Below are positions 27,225-41,081 of a stretch of DNA of 64,000 bases, piece after piece. Position numbers and translations under genes: made by a program. The stretch's first letter is position 1, and every line of letters begins with the position of its first letter. The notes below the pieces were generated by a model. That model saw only the letters and a list, made by a program, of their open reading frames with translations, was not told the DNA's origin and made no database searches. Source of the stretch: Chrysomallon squamiferum (taxonomy: Eukaryota > Animalia > Mollusca); assembly GCA_012295275.1 (NCBI GenBank), contig CM022670.1, positions 5,146,001 to 5,210,000 on the forward strand, read 5' to 3'.

Positions 27225-27954
27225 AAGGGGAGGGAAAACAAACTCCCCTTTGATTATAGCCTCTCTAAATTGTACGTCCTGGACAAATGATCTCAGTTAC
27301 CCTCCTCTAAGTATGATCACTTCTGGCGTAGCCTTTGTACGAGATAGTTTAGGTTTTCATTTTTTCCAGTGAACTCCGTGGCTTCGTCTCTCGCCGGCAC
27401 TATTCAATGCCTTGTCGATGACAAAACGTCTTTTCAATATAGCATTTCGCCGGATTGTTCTCTCTTTATTTGCCTTCTATTGTTTTCTGAACCCTTGATC
27501 TTCGCCAAGACAATGCAGAACATCCAAGAAGGCCGAGAGGTCTGTTGACAGTGGATTTTTCTGGAAAGGTTGACACAGGACTGAAAAGGACATGGTCCCT
27601 TGAAAGCAAAAGAAATTTTTACATATAGAACTGTCATAAGTATTGGTTTTGCAGGACAATAACGACTTGTACAGAAATAAGTAATTATGCAAAAATACGT
27701 ACTGTCCGATCTTTCAGAATGCGCATTAAAATGATATGCATTGGCTATATTTTGTTAACGAGACCTCGACATAAATTATGTTTTTGGAACAAAGATAAAA
27801 TATAGAAATTATTACGTATTGGATTGCAAATATATAATCTTCAGTTATCTATACATTTTAACATAAAGCGAGTACTGTGAACTTGTATGTTACAAATTAT
27901 GTGAATAAATTATCAACTACTTTCCTAACGACGTCACACTATATTTTAATTAGG

Positions 27955-28095
27955 TATATGACATCATTTGTTCTGTACTTGAAGATATGAGAGAGAAAAC
28001 CCACGATCTCCACTCCTGTGATATTCTTATCAATCAGCATGGAATCTTTTCATTAAAAAAAATGCAGATGTTACGGCCTCTTATTAATTAGCCTT
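27955..28095 (-). mobile_element. 3' fragment of the same SINE-like family
   Basis: Reverse complement AAAAGATTCCATGCTGATTGATAAGAATA...GTGGGTTTTCTCTCTCATATC resembles the core and GGGTTTCC(T/C)CTC block of other copies. Confidence 0.4.
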
Positions 28096-28400
28096 AGATA
28101 CTGGCGTTGTTAGATACACCGTTAGGTTCTGACCTTATCTGGACATCCCGTTTGATACTAACGTTACGCATATACATTAAACATATTGGATATACGGTAA
28201 GATATTAACTTTATTGGATATGTCGCTAGATACTGACGTTATTTCATAAAATGTCAGATATCTATGGTACTAGATAAAGGATTACTGGATATACCTTTAG
28301 ATGTTATTGAAATACTGAAATTACTGCATGTACTGAAATTATCTGGAAATACTGTTGGACACTGACGTTAATGGACATAACGTCAGATTCTGACTGGATT
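28095..28400. repeat. Old degenerate tandem repeat with ~13-14-bp subunits (GATACTGACGTTA / GATATACCGTTA-like)
   Basis: Repeated GATAC/GATAT...CGTTA and TTATTGGATA segments. Confidence 0.6.
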
Positions 28401-28762
28401 AGGCGGAGAAGTGGAAATGCTAAGCAAACAGTTTAAGTCACTGGATGGAATTTAGCAATATAATGCCGTGTTTGTATTTAATGTTTGAGAAAATGAAGAA
28501 CACGACGTCATTCGCTTTAAATTACAGACGCGAGTACATATGGATCAGCACATTTATTTGCGATAGACTTATTTTAAAAGTAGACATATAAAAACAAGCA
28601 ATATTGTCTGCACGTAGTAAATAATGAATCATTTGTAAATATTGTGTATGTGTTTGTATTTTGTATATATGCTTATATGTGAGTTTTCAATGCTTATATA
28701 TATTGTGGACAGATAGGTACATACATACATACATACATACATATACAGATACATATAAATGT

Positions 28763-28839
<77 letters not shown>
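28763..28839. repeat. (AG)n microsatellite
   Basis: Direct inspection. Confidence 0.96.
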
Positions 28840-28842
<3 letters not shown>

Positions 28843-30400
28843 GACGATTGAGAGAAAGAGAAAAAGATTAATTACAGAGTAAAACTAAAGATAACCGGAA
28901 AGAAAAACAAACAAAACAAAACAAAAAAACAAAAACGTAAGAGTGCAAATGAAAGAAGAAGAAAAGAAAACAACAGAATCATATTATACAGTATTGTAAT
29001 TGGAATTCTATTTTTGACTTATTTACAAGCTAACTTTGTTTTTGTTATATTCTGATTCGGGACGGACAGTCCAGTCAAGCTGTTTGTTTTGTTTGTCACT
29101 GTTAATCCTCTGGCAGCTTTTTTAAAAACCAAATTACATGTCGACCGCTGCTTCGTATTTACGATTGAGACTCTGATTGTACAAGGAGATAAGATTCTCA
29201 GTGGCTGTGTATCAAGGCATGTAATTGAGTTCTACTCGGGGTGGAATCCTTTTTGTATCAGTGCTTTCTTCCGAGAACTGCTCTGATCCCCAGTTCACAA
29301 ATATTTAATTAAAACTATTGTCGCTATCTCACAACTGCTTCTTTTCAGACGTCGTCTGAATCAACATCTTTAGTGGCCATCCACCTCCTTGTTGTTCACT
29401 GGGTACACGACTGAAGGCCATTCCCTTCCCGTACGTGTGTCTCGGAGACACACAAAAACCCAGCCCATAAGGGTGTGGGAAGCGACATTTGTATTGTAAA
29501 CAAACAAAGTTATCGCCTAACATCTTCCAGAATCGCTTTGCTCAGGTTCGTCTGTGTCTGGAAACGACATAAAGCTTCAGTTCTTGTCTTTATGTTTCTT
29601 AATTCGATAATTTTTTGGTTCCGAAGAAGACTGAATCCTAACATCGTTTTTTGCAATTACCATTTGTGTTGACAGTTGTCAACTGGCGTGTGCAAGAGAA
29701 AAACGAATGATGTCCTTGGTTAAATATTGAAGTCTAATAATAAGAAGACGATAATGATTATGATTATGATGACGAGCTGGTGATAATGATGATGTAGAAA
29801 AATAATGTAATGAAGATGAATAGCAACAAGAACAAGAAAAATAGCAATAACAAGAAGAAACTTTTAAAATTCTTCGATTTCATTCTTCTAGTTTGTGTTC
29901 TGCCTTTCTGTTTCTTGAAGCTGGAATATTTTATTTGTTGTCGAAAATGAAAAAAGTTAAGTCAGTGCTTTGATGTCATCATTATATTAAGCAGGATGCG
30001 ATTCGAAACAAATATTTTCTACATGCTTTTTAGACGATATTTCACAGTGGAAACATTTCTGTGTGTACAAGGAAATACATTTCTTTATTGAAAATTATAA
30101 CTAAGTCCATATCTTTTGTAAAGGTCATGTAGTATTGGCGTATTTTTCAGTTGTTGATTTCCCAGATAAACATGCACACCTGAGCAGGTGTCTTGTGTCG
30201 TTTTCTGAACGTGATGAAAAAGCGTTAAGGCTCGGGGGATACGTGAGATACCAAAAGTGTCCAAATGTGCTGAATTACGGTCAACCAGGGATGAGTATGA
30301 GGCGCGAACTCGACACCGCAAAGACAGAGAACTGAGTGCCCCCTCTGGTGAACAACATTCAGAACTATAGTTTGTTAGTAAAAAGGGATGGGGAGGACGA

Positions 30401-30522
<122 letters not shown>

Positions 30523-31097
30523 AGAAAGCGACTCAACTTCGACAAAAACACATAACTAAATATGTGTGATATTCGCTTTGTGTTCACTGTGGTATGGTTT
30601 ATTTGATTATAATTTCGTCTCTGTTGATTTTGTATTAAAAGTTGAATGTCCAAGGTGAGAAGCAGTCCAGGATTTGACCCGCCTCTGGCTTCAATCCAAT
30701 GACCACCTGTAAGAAATCGTTCGACTGCACTAATTTATCACAATACACAGTCGTACTGTTTTCCTATTACAAAACATATGTCAGTGTGTTATCAACGTTT
30801 ACCGTGATTTTTTTTTTATATATAATATACTTATTACCTGGTATTGGTTAGTGTTATGAATTAGGCTGTTTAGTGCAAGCTGTCGAATACAGGACTGGAT
30901 TAAGATATTAACTTCAAAATGTGTTTGGTCCACAGTGTATGTTTTACTTACACATGCAAGAAACATGCCAAAATAAACAGAACATAACAAGTCAAAAATA
31001 TATATGATTACAGTAAGATAAAATGACAGTATCCGGTACAATATTATTTTGTATTTGAAAAATATATAAAATAGATTCTAATTCAATACAGTGGTTT

Positions 31098-31124
31098 GTA
31101 GTAGTAGTAGTAGTAGTAGTAGTA

Positions 31125-31180
<56 letters not shown>
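31098..31180. repeat. (GTA)n-(ATA)n compound microsatellite
   Basis: Direct inspection. Confidence 0.95.
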
Positions 31181-34100
31181 TTTGCCTGTGGAATCCTGGT
31201 AATATTTTCATTACAAACTATACAGAATGGTATAATTTATAACAGTAGAAACATATTGATCTAAACATAAGTTTCGTAATATTTCTTTATTGCAATATGG
31301 TTTAATATCGCATGGGCGTTTTCAGTTGTGATTGAAAATAAATCAAATGTATAATGTTTAGAAACATAGCGTCTGTTCGTTTGTTTCCGTCATGAGCAAA
31401 AGGCAGTAAAACAAGTCGTAAAAACGAAGAAGAAAGGTCACAAAGGACAAAATCACTACGTCAAACGAATCTCTATTAAACTAGAAAACAAATTCAGAGA
31501 AAATTATTCAAAAAAAAGTTATAAATTTTAATACTTTATTAAAACTTCTGAATGACTGTACTAGTCATAGAAACACAAATGAATAACTCTGAATGCAATT
31601 CTTGCTTTAAATAACAAACATATACATAAAAGAAAAAAATTCGTTTTTTAAACTCCACATTCGCAAATATTTCAATACGGTTACCAAATCCTCATAGAAG
31701 TCATAAGAAGAATAAGGTAGCATTCCTCAAGACATATATGGAATAAGTTTGGTTTATACGGAGATGAAAGGACATATAATTCTGCGAGGTTTAGTGTGTC
31801 AGGATTCTATTTTATGTCCACGCAGATCAGTCGCGCTTGGTCGTAAGACTTGACATTGATGTCCCAGCGACAGCTTTGAACTCTTTATGTCAGGGACTGA
31901 GAGGCGGTGACACCCAGTCCACACATTCAGTAAATCGTAACAGTGAAGACAATAAAGTTATGTTGGAAGAAAATAGTTGAGTAACCAAGTCAGTCTTTTG
32001 TATGAGACCTTTTTTTTAAAAAATATATATAATCTTTATTTTTCTTTTTTTTTCTGGTTTGATGGTTCAGACTGAAAGGCGTTAAGAAAAACGATCGTTC
32101 TTTCTTCTTTTGTTTTCGTTATTATCATTATTGTATTATTATTATTATTATTATTATTTTTTTTTTTTTTGTAACTGTACTATTATTCTATTGCTTTTTT
32201 CATTTAATGGTTTATGTTAAAGCGCGTTAAAACAATCGATTGTTCTTTATGTTTTGTTTTTCATATTATATTATTTGCTTTGCTTTGTTCCTTTTGTTGT
32301 TGTTTTTTTTCTTCTTTTTTTTTTTTCTCTTTTACGTTGCTCTCTCTTTTTTCTCTTTTTTTCTTTCTTACTTTTTTTTTTTCTTCTGGTTTAATGGGTT
32401 GAATTGGAAGACGTAAAAAAATAAGGTAATATCTGAGTCACCCGAAAATGTCTTTGAAGTTAATTCTGTAAGAATTATATTTCTTCTTCTTGGCTATTCA
32501 AAAAAGTTAGCAGTGTGAAAGCTGTATTTGAATGACAGCTTGGCTATTTGCGACTTTTGACTTCATCTGTTTATATATATACAAAACTACACTCCTTGTA
32601 TAATATATTTATATATACACACACACACTTTCTTTTTCTTCAAACTCTCTTTACTCACCAGTTTGACAGTTAACGCATGCATTTATTTTCGCATGATCGC
32701 TGAATATAAAATATTGTTAGAAACACATAACACTTTAGCCGCTTGAGCACGATTTCCGTCTACCCATGCGGAAAAGAAACACGGGCCCATTGTGAACGTC
32801 CGCAACCGGTGCTAAACCAAAAAATTAATATTCGTATTTTATGTGAATGTTTTTGTTACTTAATGGATATACACCTTTTGGCGGGGTGTAAGTATGGGAT
32901 ATAATGGTTTCAGTGTTTTCAGCGCCTGCCTGACTTATATCAGTCTCGAGTAAATCCGTCACTGTTTTCACAATTCATTAGGCGTCTGTATCTAACGCCG
33001 TTGCGGAACGCTCAAAGTGTAAATAAAGATTTTTTTTTTTAATTTTTTTTTTTTTGGAGGCTTATTTTCCCGATCTGTCAGTCAGCCATTTAGAACCTGG
33101 TTATCCTCACGCATTGTTTAAGTACGCCTGCTTAAGCCAGTGATAGTATTTGTGTCCTGGGCAGAAGATAATTACTGAAAGAGACGGGAAGGTGTTTTTA
33201 ATTAATTAATTAATTAAGAAAAAACAAAAATATAAAAAGAAATAAAATAATTTAATGATGAAAGAAATGCCACTGACAAACAATCAAGCAAGGGCACAAA
33301 ACTTAAAAGGCAGATACCAAATGAAAATAACAAAAAACCATTAACAAAACAAAACAAAACAAGCGAAAAAGGAATCAACCTCACAAAACCAACAACAAAC
33401 AATTAATCCTTTTTTTTTTTTTTTTTTTTACTTTTTATGTCTTTTACTCGTCGTTAATGCTTTTGAAAAGGTACTTCATTAAAATCGTTTTTCTACGAAT
33501 GTGTTAGTATCGTCTTCACAACAATTATGTAAATTAAGTGACATTTGCCTGATGGCGGCCACACTGGTGTGATATATGTCTCTCCCATTGCCGTTAGCAA
33601 GCCGCCAAAGTTTCCTGCTTTCAAATTTATAGTTTGTAACCTCGCTCTTTATTACCCAAGGCAACACTAAAATAAATCACAAGCAACACTATGAATTTCT
33701 TTTTCTGCTTTTTATATTTATATATATATATATTTTTTTATATACTTTCCTCGCCTTTAGATATTTAGCAACATATGAGCAGGTCTACAATACGGCTGTT
33801 GTTATGTGTGCGTGAAAACCCGAGTCTTAACATATATAAACATATTTAGTATTAATAGAAATTATTCGGCGAGTTGCTATACAGTGATACACAAACAAAT
33901 TTAGTTTATTTATGGAATTACACCTCGAGGCTGCCATGGAGGTGATAAATATTATTAAAAATCACAATATCAAAACTAACGAGTTCTTTTGGCCGTACAC
34001 TGGCCTCTGTGTGTTTGGGTAATTTAACGAGCACTTACACACAATGCTCCAATACACACATATATGTACGAGTGTGATTGTTACTCACGGGCAAGCTAAG

Positions 34101-35874
34101 AAATAAAAATATATATATATATACAGATACACAAACACATATATACATACATATTTATATTTATATATAAGAAATAGGATTGGCCTTTCTTTACATCTTA
34201 CATGTTAACCAGAAATAGCATCTTCACATTGTGTATAATGTGTGTCAAACTTGTTCAGATAACCTAACCTATTCACCTGGCTATTTTTCAATACATAAAA
34301 ACTTAGTAGTTAATGGCAGCGTGTTATACGCCAGCTCGTTTGGTAAATGGACGCATCGATTCAGGTCGCCACATCCATTCTGTGTGTGGACGATTTTGGG
34401 CCGGGAGGACTAAAGTGTGGGCGGTTTAGAATTGAAGGCGGGACTGGCTAAAATATCAAATAATAGCAAGTTTACTGTTCACTAAGTAATACATTAAATG
34501 CGATCGTCAAAACTTGAAAAAAAAAAAAAGAGAAATGGTTAAAACTCCCATTTCCATTGCTAAATAACTCGGCTCCGTTTGTTTGCTTCCTTTTGACGTC
34601 ATTACGAGTTATTTTAAGTCGGTGTTTGTCGAAAAGATCTTGTTATAGAAAGTTAATCTTCAGAACTACTGAGCCAACGAAAGCGGGTCATTTAAGTAAT
34701 GGTTTTGGTTGTCCATTGGTGTATTCATTTTTTTTATAAAGATCAGAATTCTATCTAATGGATAAAAAATAGACCATTTATTTATGTTAATATATCTAAC
34801 TACGCATGTTGACTCATATGCCCATACACTTCTTAATCAGTAAATATATCTCCATGCATGCTTATATTAAATTGTAAGGAATGTCTCCATGAAATAACCA
34901 CCCACACACATTTATATACATACGTGTTTAAATAAACGTACGTAACTACATTCTTGTCTTATTTGCTTAATCTTAATTCAAGTTAAACTGCTCTAAACGT
35001 TAGTTTAAATTTGAATCTATGATTATTTCTTTAAAACGGATGGATTCACGCTTCAGGATATAATGAAGTGGTGATATGAGTCACTTCTACATTCGCCCAC
35101 ACGTATTGCACACACACACAAAAATACTTTTCTACTGTTTCGTTATTACTGACGGATATCCGTCCTCCTCCCCTTTCAAGAGAGTTTCGTTTTCTAGTTT
35201 TTTCTTTTAGTGTTTTTTTTTTATTCAAGAGGGATTAACTGGGTCCAGCATCTGACCCGATCCGTTTGGGGTGTCACGGGTCGCTTGGCAACAGCTGGGA
35301 ATGATCCCCATCTGAGTTCAACCATAACAGATACTCTTCTGGTTTCTGGTTCGGCAGATCGCATTAATATCACGGGTCATTGTTTTGTTTGACACCGTGT
35401 CATTCACCATGCTTTAGGTTTCCTTGTCTTTCCTTTCTGTTTTTCTTTTACGTGACCATCCAATCAACTATACACATACGATACATTAAGTTTTTCTCTT
35501 TTTTTAAATATATATTTTGCTCAGTGAACTTAAGAAGACAGCGAAAGAATAGTAATGTAATTGTTTCTTTTCCTTGTAATTCGGGGATTTAAAAAAAAGG
35601 ATTAAGATTAGAGCCTTAGTTTGCCATCACTGCTTGTTTGGAGGTCTCTGGAAACATCAGAATTAAGAGCATGCTATTATTTATCCACCATTTTTTGTTA
35701 ATATTCCATTCACTCTACAATCTACATCTATTGTAAACTAACAGCATAAATTAATATCAGGTGTATTTTGAAAACTTTGGAATTTCTAACTCATATTTGA
35801 CCATAACTCCTACCCTGAATTTCAAGACATGTGTCTAAAGAAGAATTCTAGTATTGTATCCAAAACGGACATTT

Positions 35875-35928
<54 letters not shown>

Positions 35929-38240
35929 ACATAACCAGCCAAGTATTATGATTAGTAGACAGATATCTAGTTTCTCATATATTAAAATATATGCACGTGC
36001 GCACGCACATAAACATGTGAATACAACAGAGATAAAACTATATATCTGTATATTTCTAGATGTGTGTGCTTCTTAGCATTCCTGCCATATGTCTCTCTTC
36101 TTCTTTTTTTTTTTTTTTTTTTTTTTTTTTTCGTTTTCCTTTTTTTGTTGTTGTTATTGTTGTTTTCTTTGTAACAAACTACCTGTGGAGTGATATTCCA
36201 CGACAAACGAAAACCATCTGCCCCCACACACACACACATTCCACCATCTACAAACTACACCCACCGCTTATTTCCGCTACCACTTATTACGTCATCATAT
36301 CAGCACGGTATGACGGCAAAGCCTGTTCCGATTTCGCTGTCCAGATGGAAACAGCATTCCTCTCATGCTATTAGTTTGACGAGAGACAGAGCCGGGCAGG
36401 AGGGCATCGTAATAATGCAAGCAGACAAAGACGCTGTTTCGCTTCAGTGTCAGAGCCGGAATGGAAAGATGTGTTTCGGGGCGGAAGACCTTGGTTCCTT
36501 CAGTCGTAGGTTACGTCACGTGGTACATGTCATTGTTCTGCGCTGCTATTTGAGACGATGATATCCTCCCACCCCTGAATGTTTTAAATGATTTAGTTAA
36601 ACACTAGTGACATATTTGTAAACGGAACAACGAAAACAACTGTTGAAATATTTCAATATTGTCTGTACGTTCAACAGATTTATACCAAACTGACCTCTCA
36701 TTTAACAGTACTGTTTTCATTTTGTACTTGTGCACGAATACGCAGGTGGTCTGTGAATGTGTTTTCTCATGTACGAACGTATGTCTATCTGTATTTATGT
36801 ATGTATGTATGTATGTATGTATTTTAATATCAATCTTCTAAACCGGATAAAATTATAAATTAATATTTTTAAAATTAAATTCTGATCTATTTAACTGATA
36901 GCAGTTTTTTTCATAAACATTAATTCATAAAAGATAGAGTTTAATGATTCTTTTTCAGAGACGTTCCCATTAAAACGTTACACGGATTTTAATAACATGC
37001 TGTACATTACGCAATCTACAATTTGCTTGTTACGTGTTTACCTTCCTCTTCAGGCTACATCATTTCCTCAGCGTACTTTCATTTACGCTGAATTAAATTA
37101 TTGAAAACTTAATGACGACCTAGCACAAACGAAAACACTCACTATTTTTGTTGGTGTTTATTTAAGTTCATGGCTCTGTTACTACATTGTAGTCAAAAGT
37201 GTAAAACGTACTTTAAAAAATACCGTGCGAGCTTATTTCCACGTACTTAGAGCTGGTCATTTCTTTAGTCAGTTTCGAAAAGTAGTTTAATAAGACCAAA
37301 ACTATTTCTTTTTCATTTTTCTCCCTTCTGTTTTTTTCCCTGTTTACCCTTAGAAAGCTAAGTAAACAATTGTACTGGACTACCGAACTGTGCGGCACTT
37401 TTCGCAGATGAATACGAAAATATTTCTAATCGTTTTGACATCATTTTTGAAGTCTAAAAATATAATTATTAATGTGTATTTATAGTACACTTACTGAGAA
37501 ATGCGATTTCTATCTTTCTCAAGGTGTTGGCGTTTAAGTGGTTTGAAAATGTTTCTCACATATTGACAGTCGCCATTAGCGACAATAGTATGTGAAGACT
37601 GGCAGCTCACTCACGGCGGTCGATCAAGGTTACAGATGTGAGGCTGTGCTATAATTGAGGATAATTGAGATGAGATTCCCTGTTCTGTTGCTGACGTCAA
37701 AATTCATGTGACGTCATACCCATTGTTGATGTATAAATGAATTCAAATATTTTAGATTCAGAACACACACGCACACGCACACACAAACACACAGAGAGAC
37801 ACACCCAAGCACATACACACATATAAATACACAAATTAAAAAAGAAAATCAAAATATAAATTAAACACCCTCTATATTTACTTTTTAAAGTAGATATTGC
37901 AGTTTTTCCTGTAAAGGACTGTAACACGTAATCATACACTTAAATTCAAGTTAGGTATTAAACGTTTGTAGCTGATATAAATAAATTTAAGAGCAAAGAG
38001 AACTACGATAATTAATTTGTATAGCTTTAGGACCAAGGATCAGATAGCTTAGGCAAAAACAATGTGACGGACGATGCTTATGTGTCAGTTTCTTATATAA
38101 TCATTAGATGCGATTAACTGAAGATCAAAGCGTTAATTAACAATTTGTAATAACTGCCGGACATACAAGCATCTCTATATAAAGCTGCAGAAATGAATTA
38201 TCGGAGTAATTATAATGCAATTTCATATAGTTTGTTAATA

Positions 38241-38298
<58 letters not shown>

Positions 38299-39476
38299 AC
38301 AAATAGGTAGATAAAGATATATATATAAATTTATTTTATTATTGCACTGTTTAGGTGACGTGTCCTACATTTCTGCTTGAAGCAGAGTTAACAAGCAAGG
38401 AAAAGCAATACTTAATTATCAAAGTCTAGTAAACGAATAATATATAATTTACTTAACCACACATGGTCATTACGTCATTATCATTATGCTATATAAAGAG
38501 ACGTGTAGTGTACTAAAACGGCCAAGTAATATTTCAAATTCACCGCAGGTGCTGCTCTCGTTTCAGGGAGGGATTTACGTAAGAATAGCCTACGTATTAC
38601 TTGCTTGTGTGCACTTGAAATGAAATGACATAATGTCGTACGTATAATGAGCAGACGAAATGACTGTTAACGTGATTTTCCAGCGCTTCTTATGACACGT
38701 ATAAATCCGGGTCTCGGTCAGTAAGGCAGATGAACGTTTGCTGGTGATTATTAAGCCTCTTGTAGATTAGTGATTCCGAATTGTAATCGTACACTGTTTC
38801 CGCTCGATAGCGATTGTGTTTTCGGGTATTTCCGTAATACTGTACTAATAATAATAACGATTTTTAATTAATATTTCCGACGACTGATAAAATACTCCTA
38901 ACTGGATTGACATGGTTCAGTGAAGATATTTTGGCTAACGTTAGAGCAAATAGCTAAAAACGTTAATAATAATAATAATAATAATAATAATTCAGTATTA
39001 CTAAAAAAAAAAAAAATATATATATATATATATTTTGAAGAAGTACGACACAGTGAAACCTGTCTTAAAGTGAGCCTGAATGAAACTACATTTTCTTTAC
39101 GTTCGTCTGCATTTTAAATTAAATGTCATTTGTAAAAACTGCCAAATCACCATGAACTCTGGAAACTCGGTGTTTATGTAAAGGTCAAAAGGTTGCGTAT
39201 GTCTATTAACTTTGAACAGGGAAACTGTGTCACTGTGCCCACAACAAGCAGGCTTGAACCTATACCGACTGTAAACTCTGACCCTCTCGCGGCCACCGGT
39301 AGATTAATGAACCAAACAAATATCTTCACGTCGTATAAGCTTTGATAATCTTTCAGTGTGTTTAATTGTCATCTCCATCTTCCATGTCAGTAGCGATGCT
39401 TGTGTAAAATATGTTTCTGTTCTAGTGTGTCTGTTGTTGTTGTTGTTGTTGTTGTTATTATTATTATTATCTTTTT

Positions 39477-39534
<58 letters not shown>

Positions 39535-40234
39535 TTTAATTTTTTTTAAATCCATTATGTGATCTATGTCGTATCGTGGTAGTTGTTAAAAACATTTTTT
39601 TTCTTAATGTCAAAAAGCATTAAGCTGATTTCTTGTGTGTGTGTAATTTGCGCATTATTATTTTATCTTTTTCTATGGTGATATGTAGAATTATGTGTGG
39701 TTGAATTAATGGATGAAAGTATATGTGAATAAATGAATAATAAACTGATGGTGTCTGTCTTTCTCTCTGTCTGTTGTTGCAGTTGAACGACTCCTGTTTT
39801 AAAATGCACAAAAGAATCACGCTCTGTTTTTGACAAAAAAGCTTTTAAATGTTTTTTTGATAGGCGTACAGACGAGTGCAAACTTTTTAAATAACCATTT
39901 GTTGTGGTCATATTTTATTTTTACTAGAATTAAACAAACTCTGTTATAGTCTCCTTTCTCACAGGATTGTAACAGAAAAGGTGTCAACGCGCAATACTGA
40001 AGTGTGAAGTAAGGCGGATTGAAGAACGTTACGTGAAATGGTCATTTTATTTCACAGAGTGAAGATTTCCAGTCGTCAAATTGTCGTTAAGTTGACTAAC
40101 GTGTTGACACAATCTGCTATCAAACTCGCTTAAGGCTTTAAGCTTTAGAGCCGACTCAAAGACCACTTTGTTCAGGGGATTCTAATTTACATTGTAATAA
40201 ATCCTTCAGGTTATTTTCTTTTCTCTTCTTCTTA

Positions 40235-40276
<42 letters not shown>

Positions 40277-40966
40277 CCGAGCTTACCTTGCCAACGCCAA
40301 TTTTACTCGTGTCCAAGCAAAGATTGGTTTTGAAAATATCAAAGAGATTGAATTCAGACTTTATGAGTTTTTAAGTCAATCGAGAAACAAAAAAAAACAG
40401 ATATACATACCAAAGTTTTTATCCGTTTTCTGAAAAGAGGATAAAATGTTTGATCGACTTTCTAAACTCGTGATAAGCTTTTTATCGTAAATTTGTATGA
40501 GCAAGATAAGACACAAGTGTAATGTTTTGTATTTTGGATAAACATTTCGATACAGAGAATGTACAGGAGATTATGAAGTTGTAGTAGAAGTGCAGAGTTG
40601 AAAACGTTTCTAGGAATTTAACAAAAGACTGTTATTTTATTTATAACGTTATCTGTACACCTGGTAATGTTTCTCTTTGTCGCTACTGGTTTCGCTTTTC
40701 ACTTTTTTATATCTGTATCTTTATCTTCACGTGCTAGCCTAGTAACATTCTTCATGGTTCACACCAAAAGTTCTACCGATCGCCCAGGGGCTAATAATAA
40801 TAATTCGGTTACCAGCCATTGGGTCAAGCATACAGCTGTGTTTTATGCTGTTTGTGAAAAGGTCTCCTAACATCCTCTGTTTATATCTCTGCTTGCATGT
40901 CCATCGGTCCGTCAGTCAGTTCTTCCATCCATCCATTCATCCACCCATCCTGTATATAATCAATCA

Positions 40967-41059
<93 letters not shown>

Positions 41060-41081
41060 ACTATCTATCTATCTATCTATC
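40967..41081. repeat. (ATCT)n microsatellite
   Basis: Direct inspection. Confidence 0.97.

Noticed and set aside
30646-30660. ATG TCC AAG|GTGAGA as a phase-0 micro first exon joining exon 3
   Set aside because: Only three codons, easily arising by chance, with no supporting promoter evidence.
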